DNA from: Clostridia bacterium
GTDB lineage: Bacteria > Bacillota > Clostridia > Oscillospirales > CAG-272
Direction of reading: 5' to 3'
Length of the DNA stretch: 64,000 nt
Assembly (NCBI GenBank): GCA_017407225.1
Contig: JAFQWY010000128.1
Location: 15,365 to 79,364, forward strand
Shown: positions 1-9,104 of the stretch, one piece after another
Numbering within the stretch: position 1 is the stretch's first letter
Layout: the number at the start of each line of letters is the position of its first letter
Translations under genes and position numbers: made by a program
The notes under the pieces: generated by a model
What the model was told of the DNA's origin: nothing
Databases searched by the model: none
The model's input: the letters and a program-made list of their open reading frames with translations, nothing else

Positions 1-199
1 GTAGTGAGATATCAAACATCCAAAACCGCACGCTGTCAAGAAAATCCCCCCGACGCTGACTGAATCATATCCGTGTACTTCCTGTCAGCGCACTCTACCT
101 TGTCCGAATAAAAGTTTTTGCCAGGCTTTTTTCAAAAAGCCGCGTTTCCCCCTAACTCCAACCATCAACTGCACTATATTCAGAAAGAAGGAAGTCAAT

Positions 200-2149
200 A
201 TGAGCCTTGAAATTCTTGTTGAGTATTCCAACCGCTACGGTAAGAATCCCGCGTTTGTGCTGGCGGGCGGCGGTAATACATCCTATAAGACCGAAGATAC
301 CCTGTACGTGAAGGGAAGCGGCACCTCTCTGGCGAATATCACCGCCGAGGGATTCGTGAAGATGAACCGCGCCGCTCTCGCCGCAATCTGGGAAAAGACC
401 TACGCCGACGATCAGGCTGAGAGAGAAGCGCAGGTTCTTGCCGATATGATGGGCGCAAAACTCCCCGGCGAAGAAGCAAAGCGTCCCTCCGTGGAAACTC
501 TGCTCCATGACCTGTTCCCCCAGAAGTTCGTGCTCCATGTCCATCCTTCCTCCGTCAACGGCCTCACCTGCTCCGTTCAGGGCAAGGACGCCATGACCGA
601 GCTGTTCCCCGATGCCGTGTGGGTCAGCGAATGTGAGCCCGGCTATATCCTCGCCGCAAAGTGCAGAACCGCGCTGAACGAGCATAAGACCGAATCCGGT
701 AAGGATGCCGATGTTGTGTTCCTCCAGAATCACGGTATCTTCTTTGCCGCTGACGATAAGGAATCCCTGGATACCCTCGTTTCCGGCGTGATGGATAAGA
801 TTGCCGCAAAGCTTGACGTAAAGCCCGACTTCTCCGAAGCGGAAACCGACAGAACAGCTGCCGCAAAGATCGCTCCCGCCATCCGTATGGCCTACGACGA
901 AAACGGCGGCGCCGCTGTTGTGTTCAACTGCAATAAGACCGTTCTCGATTTCGCCGCATCTGCGGAAGCGTTTGAGATCCTCAAGCAGCCCCTGTCCCCC
1001 GACCATATCGTTTACTGCAAGGCGGAACCCGTGTTCGTGGAAGATTTCTCTCCCAAGGGCATCAAGGCAGCATTTGACGAAGTTGCACAGCGCCGCGGAT
1101 TCAAGCCCAAGGTTGTGTTCGCAAAGGGCATCGGTATGTTCACCGTGGGCGCATCCATGAAGGAAGCGAAGACTGCTGCTGAAGTGTGGATGGACTGCAT
1201 GACCATCACCACCTACGCACAGAATTTCGGCGGTGTCCGTCATATGGCTCCCGCAATGGTTGACTTCATCGTCAACTGGGAAGTGGAAAGCTACCGTGCC
1301 AAGGTTTCTCTGGCCGGTGCTGCTGCCAAGAAGCTGGCAGGCAGGATTGCCATCGTTACCGGCAGTGCCCAGGGCTTCGGCGAAGGCATTGCACGCTGGC
1401 TTGCCGACGAAGGTGCGGCCGTTGTCATCGCCGACATGAACGCGGAAGGGGCTGAGAAGACTGCGGAATCCATCGCTCAGGACTGCGGCGTTCCCACTCT
1501 GGCTGCCGCTGCGAATGTGTCCGATGAAGACAGCGTCCGGAAGATGATGGAAGACTGCGTTCTGGCGTTCGGCGGTCTGGATATCTTTGTCAACAACGCA
1601 GGCATCGTCCGTGCAGGTTCTCTGGAAGAGATGACCAAGCAGAATTTCGAGCTGGTTACCGCTGTCAACTATACCGCTTACTTCCTCTGCGCCAAGTATG
1701 CATCCGCTGTCATGAAGATCCAGAGAGAGGTTTCTCCCGAATACATGGCGGATATCATTGAAATCAACTCCAAATCCGGTCTGGCCGGCTCCAACAAGAA
1801 CTTCGCTTACGCGGGTTCCAAGTTCGGCGGCATCGGTCTGACCCAGTCCTTCGCGCTGGAACTGGCGCCCTACGGCATCAAGGTTAACGCGGTATGCCCC
1901 GGCAACTTCCTGGACGGTCCCCTGTGGTCCGACCCGGAAAAAGGACTGTTCGTGCAGTATCTCAACGCAGGCAAGGTTCCCGGAGCAAAGACCGTGGAGG
2001 ATGTGCGCAGATTCTATGAATCCAAGGTGCCCCTCAACCGCGGCTGCCGCATCGAAGACGTTGCCAAGGCTGTTGTGTACATCATCGATCAGAAGTACGA
2101 AACCGGTCAGGCAATCCCCGTCACCGGCGGTCAGGAAATGCTGAAGTAA
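200..2149 (+). CDS. Bifunctional class II aldolase / short-chain dehydrogenase (rhamnulose-1-phosphate aldolase + lactaldehyde dehydrogenase-like)
   Basis: 649-aa ORF with RBS GAAGGAAG upstream. The N-terminal half looks like a class II aldolase/adducin fold. The C-terminal half is a classical SDR (IVTGSAQGFG Rossmann motif, NNAG, YAGSK catalytic Tyr-Lys). Confidence 0.85.
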   Translation: MSLEILVEYSNRYGKNPAFVLAGGGNTSYKTEDTLYVKGSGTSLANITAEGFVKMNRAALAAIWEKTYADDQAEREAQVLADMMGAKLPGEEAKRPSVETLLHDLFPQKFVLHVHPSSVNGLTCSVQGKDAMTELFPDAVWVSECEPGYILAAKCRTALNEHKTESGKDADVVFLQNHGIFFAADDKESLDTLVSGVMDKIAAKLDVKPDFSEAETDRTAAAKIAPAIRMAYDENGGAAVVFNCNKTVLDFAASAEAFEILKQPLSPDHIVYCKAEPVFVEDFSPKGIKAAFDEVAQRRGFKPKVVFAKGIGMFTVGASMKEAKTAAEVWMDCMTITTYAQNFGGVRHMAPAMVDFIVNWEVESYRAKVSLAGAAAKKLAGRIAIVTGSAQGFGEGIARWLADEGAAVVIADMNAEGAEKTAESIAQDCGVPTLAAAANVSDEDSVRKMMEDCVLAFGGLDIFVNNAGIVRAGSLEEMTKQNFELVTAVNYTAYFLCAKYASAVMKIQREVSPEYMADIIEINSKSGLAGSNKNFAYAGSKFGGIGLTQSFALELAPYGIKVNAVCPGNFLDGPLWSDPEKGLFVQYLNAGKVPGAKTVEDVRRFYESKVPLNRGCRIEDVAKAVVYIIDQKYETGQAIPVTGGQEMLK

Positions 2150-2198
2150 AACCGGAATAGCAAAAATAAACTGAACAGCTCAATATAACCACAGCAAC

Positions 2199-2238
2199 AA
2201 AAAACTCCGATGCAGAACAACTGCAAAGGAGTTTTTGT
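2199..2238. terminator. Bidirectional intrinsic terminator between convergent genes
   Basis: AAAAACTCC ... GGAGTTTTT stem with an inner TGCAG/CTGCA pair. A- and T-tracts lie on both sides. Confidence 0.75.
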
Positions 2239-2261
2239 TATTCATCGGAGCGGGAGAGTGA

Positions 2262-3551
2262 TTACCGGAAGAGGATCTTCTGCCGGCTGGCTGTCATCAG
2301 GGCATCGGGAACACGGTAATACTTGATCAGCGGCATCAGACGGTGTCCGTCGATATCAACGGCATCGGAACCGTATGCTTCCGCACCGCCGGTCACTTCC
2401 GCATAGATGAGATCCCCGTCCATGTAGACGCCGTTGTCCTGACGAGTGACGGTTCCGGTGGTTTCCGCATACAGCAGACCGCTGTTTTCGTGGACATACC
2501 ACAAGCCTTCCGCAAGCCGCATGGTACAGCAGAAATGGGCTTCGTACATCTGTGCGGCAAGATAATCCCAGGGGCTGTCCGCGGTTACTACGGTGTCCGT
2601 ACCGGCGCCGCCGTTGGATCGCTGGAGGGAGCTGAATCCGTTGTGCCAGATCCGTGCGGCGGTGGTGCGGTATTCCTCACGGCCGGTGGCTTTGTACAGC
2701 TCCAGGGCAAGCATCAGGGAATCCACAATGGCGCACGGTTCGGTCCAGGTTTCGGGGCGTCCCCACCAGTTGAGATTCTGCCAGGTGTAGGTCATGCCGC
2801 CGCCGTGAACGTACAGATCATAGATATCCGCGGCACAGTTCAGATAATATTCCTCACCGGTTATGGTGTACATCCGCATCATGGCACGGCCCGCGGTGAG
2901 GGTACAGTGGGTCTGGGCTTTCATGGCCGCTTTGTCCAGTGCGGAATAGAAGCCGATCATTTCGTCCAGAAGCTCCTTCAGCCGGGGATCGCCGGTGATC
3001 TGATAGGCATGGGAAAGCCCGTCGATGGACATGAAGGCGGCGCAGGTATCGCTGGAAAGCTGCCATCTGCCGACGCAGCCGATTTCGCTGCCGCTGACTC
3101 CGCCCGCATTGCTGATTTCACGGCTGACGGGATATGCGGCGAACTCACCCAGGAGGGGAAGATAGAGATTCTCGGTGATAGCGCGGATCAGCTCCAGGGA
3201 ATAGTCGTCGCCGAACTGCTGCCGGTGTTCGCAGAGTCCGCGCAGAAGCCAGGAATGCCCGGAAAGCTGTTCTTCCCGGATGAGATTGTCACCGCAGGTA
3301 CCCAGATAGTTCTTTTCGTTCACCATGGAGGGCAGTTTTTCCAGCAGCTGTTCCATGCAGGGGATCTTCTGCCCGGAGATTTTGTAGTGGGAGACGAATG
3401 CCAGCAGTGCGCGTCCCTCCTTGTCGCCCATCCAGCTGTAGGACGGCGGAGAGAACACATCGTCAATCTGATAATAGGGATCGTCGGCAAGGCGGCGGTA
3501 ATTCAGCAGAATCCGCTCGTTCAGTTCGGTCAGGGATAGATTCAGTCGCAT
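2262..3551 (-). CDS. GH127/GH146-like (DUF1680-type) putative beta-L-arabinofuranosidase-like glycosidase, catalytic domain only
   Basis: 429-aa ORF. It has E271-x-C273 and C341-C342 with spacing similar to the Glu/Cys3 zinc and nucleophile site of GH127 enzymes. The sequence has an alpha-helical toroid-like character. Assigned by motif memory only. Confidence 0.5.
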   Translation of the reverse strand: MRLNLSLTELNERILLNYRRLADDPYYQIDDVFSPPSYSWMGDKEGRALLAFVSHYKISGQKIPCMEQLLEKLPSMVNEKNYLGTCGDNLIREEQLSGHSWLLRGLCEHRQQFGDDYSLELIRAITENLYLPLLGEFAAYPVSREISNAGGVSGSEIGCVGRWQLSSDTCAAFMSIDGLSHAYQITGDPRLKELLDEMIGFYSALDKAAMKAQTHCTLTAGRAMMRMYTITGEEYYLNCAADIYDLYVHGGGMTYTWQNLNWWGRPETWTEPCAIVDSLMLALELYKATGREEYRTTAARIWHNGFSSLQRSNGGAGTDTVVTADSPWDYLAAQMYEAHFCCTMRLAEGLWYVHENSGLLYAETTGTVTRQDNGVYMDGDLIYAEVTGGAEAYGSDAVDIDGHRLMPLIKYYRVPDALMTASRQKILFR

Positions 3552-3645
3552 GGGAAAACTCCTTTACGCATTGTTGTTGTTCCTATTATAGCATATCGAC
3601 CGGGCAGCTGCAAGAGAAATCCGCTGTAATCCGGAACGGGAGGCG

Positions 3646-3686
3646 AAAAAGACTGCCTGCCGAAAGGAATCGGTAAGCAGTCTTTT
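3646..3686 (-). terminator. Intrinsic terminator downstream of the GH20 gene
   Basis: AAAGACTGC ... GCAGTCTTT stem. The minus-strand U-tract comes from AAAAA at 3646..3650. Confidence 0.75.
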
Positions 3687-3710
3687 GTTGGTATCTGGCT
3701 TCAGACGGGA

Positions 3711-6700
3711 TTATTTAACGGTGATGGTGTAGGTGTCGGATACAGAGGCAGTGCCTGCTGCAGCGTTGAGGGTGTAAGTAATCGAGCCGGTAGTCTTGCC
3801 GACGGAAACGCTGACAACCCAAACCTTTACGGTATCACCGGAGCTCAGAGTCTGAATCTTGGAGGTGCAGAGTTTGATGGTCTGACCGTCAATGGTGATT
3901 TTGTCTGCGTTGGGGGAGGTAGTAACGCGCAGGTTGACATTCTTGCCCTTGGCTACGGATTTGGAAAGGGGCATGATGCTGATGATTTCCACAGCTTCAA
4001 CGTCTGCAGCCACAAGGTTATTGCCGGCTTCGATGAGTGCAGCAGCAGCCGCATTGATCGGTGCCTGAGTAGCGGAGGAAAGTGCAGCCTGAGCATTGGT
4101 AAGAGCCCCTGCATATGCGTCCCAGCTCTCGGAAGTATACGCAGATGCATCGGTGTAAGCATTCGCGATCAGGTTCTTCAGGTGGTTGGAGTTGGGTGTA
4201 TCCGCATAAAGAACGCAGACAACATCGCCGTGTTTTACAGAACCCTTGATGAAGCCGCTGCCGTCATTGGAAGCGAGAGGGGTGAAGGTGTATACCTTGG
4301 TTCCGTTTACTGCTTTGAGGAAGGAGTAACCGGTGATGGAGGGGAGGTAATACTCGATGGTGTCGGTGGAATCGGAAAGGGCAGTGATCTTTCCTTCTTC
4401 GATGACATCGCCGCCTTCGGAGGTCATAACCAGAGTGAAGTAGAATTCGGGCAGTACTTCTTCGCCTTCTTCAGCCTCTTTCAGTGCATTCTTTGCATCC
4501 TGAAGAGCCTTGATTGCCGCGTTCATTTCTGCTTCGGTAGCCTTGTAGTCGGCATTGAGCTTTTCGGCAGCGGTGTATGCGTTTTCGTAAACGGCATAGC
4601 TTGCGGCGGTGTATGTGCCGTCAGCATTGGAAATCTTGTTCTTGAGAGCTTCGGTCAGTGCGGTGTGATCGGCCACATATTCGTACTTGAGAGCCTTGGC
4701 AGCAGCCTGGAGATTTTCAACAGCTTCCGCAACCTCTTCTTCGGTAGCGCCGTAGTCTGCACATACCTCTTCGGCAGCGGCGTATGCTTCTTCGTAGTCG
4801 GCATAGCTGTCGGCGGTGTAGGTGTTGTCGTCGTTGGAAATCTTATTCTTGAGTGCTTCGATCAGCGCGCTGTGGTCAGCAAGATATGAGCGTTCGGGAA
4901 CAACTGCATCGGGGAGTTCTGCATCCTTGGAGCAGCCGGTGAATCCGGGGAAGTGGTTGGGCGTCGAGGTTCTGAATCTGTAGACAGCATCGCGGACTGC
5001 AGCGAAGTCATCGTAGTTTACGGTGGAATTTACATCGGCGTTCCACATCTTGATGATGTTGGAGGCCATGCGGTCGAAAATGTAGTAAGTGAGGTTCTGA
5101 CCGACAGAGTCTTTTGCGCCGTTCCAAACTTCAGCTTCGGTGTTCAGGGCTGCATAGTCGTTCCAGATCAGGAAGTATGCGCCGCCCAGCTGCTCTGCGG
5201 GAACATCTGCTGCATTTTCGGTGTAAACACCCTTTTCGCTGATGTCGGCAGGATACCATTCGTTGTAGATATCTTCTTCGTTGGAGTGGTAGAAGGTCCA
5301 GTTGCGGTTGTCGGGGTCACGGGCATCGAGGTGAGAACCGGAAGTACCGATACGGAGCACGTAATAGCAGTTGGTCTGGATGCAGTTGTACATGGTGCGT
5401 CCGCCGTCGCCCCAGTTGTCGGATGTGCCGGTGTTGGTTTCCCAGAAGAACTTCACATGCCAGGTGGGATCGGTCCACTTACCTGTACTGGGATTGAAGT
5501 CGGAGTTCCAGTACATGATTTCGATATTGGGATCGAAGCTGTAGATTGCCTTTTCGGAGCTGCTCTGGTTGTAGGTGGTGGAGCCGATGAAGTCGTTGTA
5601 CATACGGCAGGTGTAGCCTTTGGCGTTCAGGATACGGTTCAGCTCATTGATATATCCCGGGAAGTCGGAATAGCTCCACAGGGGACCGTAGCTGCTGGAG
5701 AGGTTTACTTCGTCGGCGCCGATGGCAAAGTCAACGGAGCCTGCGTATTCCTTGAAGAAATCGGCGATGTCTTCGTAAATGGCAAATACGAAGGCTTTCG
5801 CCATGTCGCTCTTAATATTTACTGTAGTATAATAGGGCCATTTGGGGGAAGAATAGCCGGTGGTGTCGGTGTAGTTGATGCATCCCTTGTTGGAGGAAGC
5901 GTAATAGGTGGTTCCGTTATAGGTGAAGGAATAGGAGGTGTTCTCCTTGTAATTCTGTTCGAATTTCCAGGAGATATAGTCCATGTGTGCGGGGCTGTCG
6001 AAGGAAGGAACGATGTCAATGTGGTATTCTTTTGCAACATTGATGATTTCGATCAGCTCGGCAGTGGTCAGATACTTGCCTGCATCGGGGTCATCTCGGT
6101 AAGGATCCTTGACCCAGGACTGGATATGGCTGCCGCAGAGCCAGCTGAAGTCGTTTTCGGGATTGTAGTTTGCGTTGTAGTAAGTGGGATCCCAGAAATC
6201 GGCACGGAAACCGCCGTCTTCGGAGAAGTGCAGGGTCAGGGAGTTGTAGCCCATCCAGGACATCTGGCGGATGAAGTTGCAGATCCATTCAACGGTGTAG
6301 TATTTTCTCGCAACGTCCAGCTGAACGGCACGTTCCTTGGTATCCGGTGCATCGGCTGCAATAAAACCGGAAAGGGTAGTGCTGTTGAGCAGGAACTTCA
6401 TGAGCATATTGGCGCCGTAGATCAGTCCATCGGTGTCGGATGCATAAACGACTGCCGCATCGGAAACGTTGAGTTCGTATCCTTCCGCAGCAATGTCGGA
6501 AACGATGACGAGTACGATGTCGCCGGATCTTACGTAGGACTGGGGTCCCCATACAAGCTCGGCATCTGCAAGCAGGGGGAACATTTCGCGGAACTGACGG
6601 TGGAGGAGCTGAGAGGTCTGAAGGAGATCATCGGTGGGCTCGGAGGTGCTTGCGATGAAAATTCGGCTGGACGAGGTGAGCGTGAAAGTGCCGTCCGCAG

Positions 6701-6830
6701 CGCTGTAGCTGTCCAGCAATGCACCGATATTCTTCGATGTAACTGCCGCGGAGGTGGGGATGACCATTGCTGTACAGGTCATGACAGCCGCGAGTACACC
6801 GGCTGCGAGCTTCTTGACAAGCTTGTTCAT
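3711..6830 (-). CDS. Secreted GH20 beta-N-acetylhexosaminidase / lacto-N-biosidase-like enzyme with FIVAR-type repeats and a C-terminal Ig-like domain
   Basis: 1039 aa. N-terminal signal peptide (MNKLVKKLAAGVLAAVMTCTAMVIPTSAA). GH20 motifs SFDSPAHMDY and IGADEVN (Asp-Glu catalytic pair). Two clear tandem repeats of about 70 aa (ADH[ST]AL.EALKNKISN.D.TYTA.SYA.YE.AY.AAE) plus a third degenerate copy. A beta-rich tail follows. Confidence 0.85.
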   Translation of the reverse strand: MNKLVKKLAAGVLAAVMTCTAMVIPTSAAVTSKNIGALLDSYSAADGTFTLTSSSRIFIASTSEPTDDLLQTSQLLHRQFREMFPLLADAELVWGPQSYVRSGDIVLVIVSDIAAEGYELNVSDAAVVYASDTDGLIYGANMLMKFLLNSTTLSGFIAADAPDTKERAVQLDVARKYYTVEWICNFIRQMSWMGYNSLTLHFSEDGGFRADFWDPTYYNANYNPENDFSWLCGSHIQSWVKDPYRDDPDAGKYLTTAELIEIINVAKEYHIDIVPSFDSPAHMDYISWKFEQNYKENTSYSFTYNGTTYYASSNKGCINYTDTTGYSSPKWPYYTTVNIKSDMAKAFVFAIYEDIADFFKEYAGSVDFAIGADEVNLSSSYGPLWSYSDFPGYINELNRILNAKGYTCRMYNDFIGSTTYNQSSSEKAIYSFDPNIEIMYWNSDFNPSTGKWTDPTWHVKFFWETNTGTSDNWGDGGRTMYNCIQTNCYYVLRIGTSGSHLDARDPDNRNWTFYHSNEEDIYNEWYPADISEKGVYTENAADVPAEQLGGAYFLIWNDYAALNTEAEVWNGAKDSVGQNLTYYIFDRMASNIIKMWNADVNSTVNYDDFAAVRDAVYRFRTSTPNHFPGFTGCSKDAELPDAVVPERSYLADHSALIEALKNKISNDDNTYTADSYADYEEAYAAAEEVCADYGATEEEVAEAVENLQAAAKALKYEYVADHTALTEALKNKISNADGTYTAASYAVYENAYTAAEKLNADYKATEAEMNAAIKALQDAKNALKEAEEGEEVLPEFYFTLVMTSEGGDVIEEGKITALSDSTDTIEYYLPSITGYSFLKAVNGTKVYTFTPLASNDGSGFIKGSVKHGDVVCVLYADTPNSNHLKNLIANAYTDASAYTSESWDAYAGALTNAQAALSSATQAPINAAAAALIEAGNNLVAADVEAVEIISIMPLSKSVAKGKNVNLRVTTSPNADKITIDGQTIKLCTSKIQTLSSGDTVKVWVVSVSVGKTTGSITYTLNAAAGTASVSDTYTITVK

Positions 6831-6922
6831 AAATTAACATTTACCTTCCTTTTCAGAATCCGCATGATGCCTGATGCAGTATGAAACTTCCGCATTTCTG
6901 CCGATTCTGTGTTGTTGCACCC

Positions 6923-6951
6923 ATTATATCACACCTATACAGCGAAAGCAA
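6923..6951 (-). promoter_or_regulatory. Sigma-A-type promoter of the GH20 gene
   Basis: Minus strand: TTGCTT-17 nt-TATAAT, about 90 nt upstream of ATG 6830. Confidence 0.6.
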
Positions 6952-6976
6952 GATGTTTTTTCGAGTTTTTGCGCTA

Positions 6977-7018
6977 TTTTATGCGATTGCATAAAATATT
7001 TTACACAATCGCATAAAA
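6977..7018. repeat. 42-nt near-perfect palindrome (candidate operator) upstream of the GH20 promoter
   Basis: TTTTATGCGATTG-CA-TAAAATATTTTA-CA-CAATCGCATAAAA. The 13-nt arms are perfect complements and the 12-nt centre is itself palindromic. A further half-site-like ATATGCGTTTG lies at 7023..7033. Confidence 0.8.
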
Positions 7019-7056
7019 TAAAATATGCGTTTGTATAAAATAACTTTGGCGGATGC

Positions 7057-7093
7057 CGAAAAAATGCATGGAGGGGAACAGAACCCTCCATGC
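7057..7093 (-). terminator. Intrinsic terminator of the PqqD-peptide-kinase-rSAM operon
   Basis: Perfect 10-bp stem GCATGGAGGG / CCCTCCATGC with an 8-nt loop. The minus-strand tail is ATTTTTTCG. Confidence 0.85.
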
Positions 7094-7119
7094 GGTGGAT
7101 TGAAGAATATGAATCAGAT

Positions 7120-8232
7120 TCATTTGCGGAAAGATTCTGCCACTGTACGCAGTTCTTCCTTGTACGCCCGGTTCAGCCGGCACATGTAATCCGGTCTGCC
7201 ATCCAGTGTGCCGGTTTCCGTATAGACAACGGCAGCGCAGTTGAGGCAGGTATCGCGGTCGGGGCAGCTGACACAGTCCGGGCAGAGACGGATGGATGCA
7301 CACGCTTCGTGAAGCTGTTTCCAGCATTCCGTGAAAGAAGAGCTGAACGGACGGAAACAGATATTGTCCAGCATTCCGCAGGGCAGCATTCTTCCGTCCC
7401 AGGTGATCCAGAACTGCGAGTGCCCGGCCAGACAGCGGATCGGGTCACCCAGATCGGATTCGCAGGGGTTGGGATGGGCAGGTGCGTTTTCGGCAATTCT
7501 GCGGGTGATTCCCTCAATTCCTTCCCGGATAAAGATATCCCGGACGGCACATTGCGCGGCTTCTTCGGGGGATAGCCGTGAAAAACCGTCTGAAGAGGGA
7601 ACATCGGCACGGCGAACGGGAGGGAAACAGTAAGTGGTAGTCTGCAGATCCAGGTGATGTGCGGCCGCAAATGCTTCCAGCTCGTCAAGACGATGCCTGT
7701 TCTGGGGCGTGAGCGTGGTATTCAGATGCAGGAGAATTCCCTCCGACTGTAGCCATTCAATATTTTCGGTGACCTGCCGGAAGACATCGCCGTTACCGCA
7801 CAGGGCAGCATAATCCTCGGCGGAGGTGCCGTACAGGGTGATATTGACCTGCGCCGGGGGAAGCCGATGCCAGAGACTGCGGATTTCCGGGGTGAGAAGA
7901 GTGCCGTTGGTATTGATGCTGATGGAGAGACCGAGCTTTACGAATTCTTCGTAGAGATATGGAAAATCCTTGCGGAGAGTGGGTTCGCCGCCGGTGATCA
8001 GCAGAAAGAGGAGACCGGCATCCCTTGCGTCCCGTGCGAGCGCGATCCACTCTTCAGCAGTGACTTCGCGGCCGATTCTGCTCATTTCTTCCGGAGACAG
8101 CCGGATATAGCACATTTTGCAGGAGAGGTTGTATCGCGGTGTCAGCTCAAAAGTGCCGCTTACCGGAATTCCCCGGGCAGCACATCTGCGCTGAAGGGTG
8201 CGGCGGATTACTGCGGTATCAGTATGTTCCAT
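7120..8232 (-). CDS. Radical SAM / SPASM-domain peptide maturase (non-canonical YX3CX2C cluster motif)
   Basis: 370 aa. TPRYNLSCKMCY sits where T.RCNL.C..CY is expected. GGEPTL SAM-binding motif. The C-terminal SPASM signature is C-x13-G-x4-C followed by CPDCVSCPDRDTCLNC. The start overlaps the upstream gene by 14 nt. Confidence 0.85.
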   Translation of the reverse strand: MEHTDTAVIRRTLQRRCAARGIPVSGTFELTPRYNLSCKMCYIRLSPEEMSRIGREVTAEEWIALARDARDAGLLFLLITGGEPTLRKDFPYLYEEFVKLGLSISINTNGTLLTPEIRSLWHRLPPAQVNITLYGTSAEDYAALCGNGDVFRQVTENIEWLQSEGILLHLNTTLTPQNRHRLDELEAFAAAHHLDLQTTTYCFPPVRRADVPSSDGFSRLSPEEAAQCAVRDIFIREGIEGITRRIAENAPAHPNPCESDLGDPIRCLAGHSQFWITWDGRMLPCGMLDNICFRPFSSSFTECWKQLHEACASIRLCPDCVSCPDRDTCLNCAAVVYTETGTLDGRPDYMCRLNRAYKEELRTVAESFRK

Positions 8233-9097
8233 GTCGGGACTCCTTTCCGAACAAAGTCCGGTAAGCCATGAATGCTGCGTCGCTGTCCGGGCGGCAGTCG
8301 AGGCGGTAAACCGGGATTTCAGCCAGCATATCGTGATAGAGCTGCAGAAGCGTCTGCATAAATCCGGTATCCCAGCTGTTCACGAGGGTCTGGGACAGAA
8401 GTAGGGGAACCGCTGCAGATCCGAGAGAGGTCAATCGGTTTTCGGTGCATTTGCACGGCAGCAGAATCCCTGCGATGGGAAACTGTTCCGGACGGTGGAT
8501 GCCGGAGGTACCGCACCAGGGTGAGCCGCCTCCGTAAAAGACTCCGTTCCGGTTCATGACGACACAGCGGTCGCCGTTGAGGATTTCTGCTCCGAGATGT
8601 TTCTGCCAGAGGGAGGCCTGCGTGGATTTTCCGGCACAGGCGGATCCGGCGAACAGAACCGTTTTTCCGTGAAGGGAGACAACGGAGCTGTGGAGGAGAA
8701 AGGCATTCCGGCGGATGAGCATGATTTCAGGGGCGAGAAAACGGAGGGGCTGCAGCGGATGGGAATAAAAATGCCAGGACGAAGCGGGATAATACAGAGT
8801 ATTTTTTTCGTCCGGGCGCAAAAGACAGGCCACCTGGCATCCATTTTCTGCGGTAAGCGCATGATGGATGCGAAGCCGGCCTTGTTTGGTCAGATACTCG
8901 GTTACGCCGTTTTCCGAATGAAGCACCGTACCCGTGGGGCGGAGGGGCTCATCCAGCAAACGGATGTAAAATTCAACATCCGGAGTATCGGTGTCATCGC
9001 AGCGGAGATCCGTCAGGGAAGAGGGAAGCTCCGCGCCGTGAGGAATATGAAACCGTACGGTAATTCCGGAGAAGAAAATACACAGGGGGAACGTCAT
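8219..9097 (-). CDS. HPr-kinase-like (HprK C-terminal domain family) P-loop protein, putative peptide kinase
   Basis: LLHSSVVSLHGKTVLFAGSACAGKSTQASLW resembles the HprK/P-loop core. The start is uncertain. ATG 9097 lies 7 nt after the peptide stop and has no SD. The alternative ATG 9160 would overlap the peptide gene. Confidence 0.7.
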   Translation of the reverse strand: MTFPLCIFFSGITVRFHIPHGAELPSSLTDLRCDDTDTPDVEFYIRLLDEPLRPTGTVLHSENGVTEYLTKQGRLRIHHALTAENGCQVACLLRPDEKNTLYYPASSWHFYSHPLQPLRFLAPEIMLIRRNAFLLHSSVVSLHGKTVLFAGSACAGKSTQASLWQKHLGAEILNGDRCVVMNRNGVFYGGGSPWCGTSGIHRPEQFPIAGILLPCKCTENRLTSLGSAAVPLLLSQTLVNSWDTGFMQTLLQLYHDMLAEIPVYRLDCRPDSDAAFMAYRTLFGKESRHGTY

Positions 9098-9104
9098 GGA
9101 GGAC

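Noticed and set aside
1-199. Short palindromes upstream of the aldolase/SDR gene (GGCTTTTT-CA-AAAAAGCC; GCTGAC...GTCAGC).
   Set aside because: They are AT-rich or short stems with no flanking context, because the window starts here. I cannot tell whether this is a terminator of an upstream gene or an operator.
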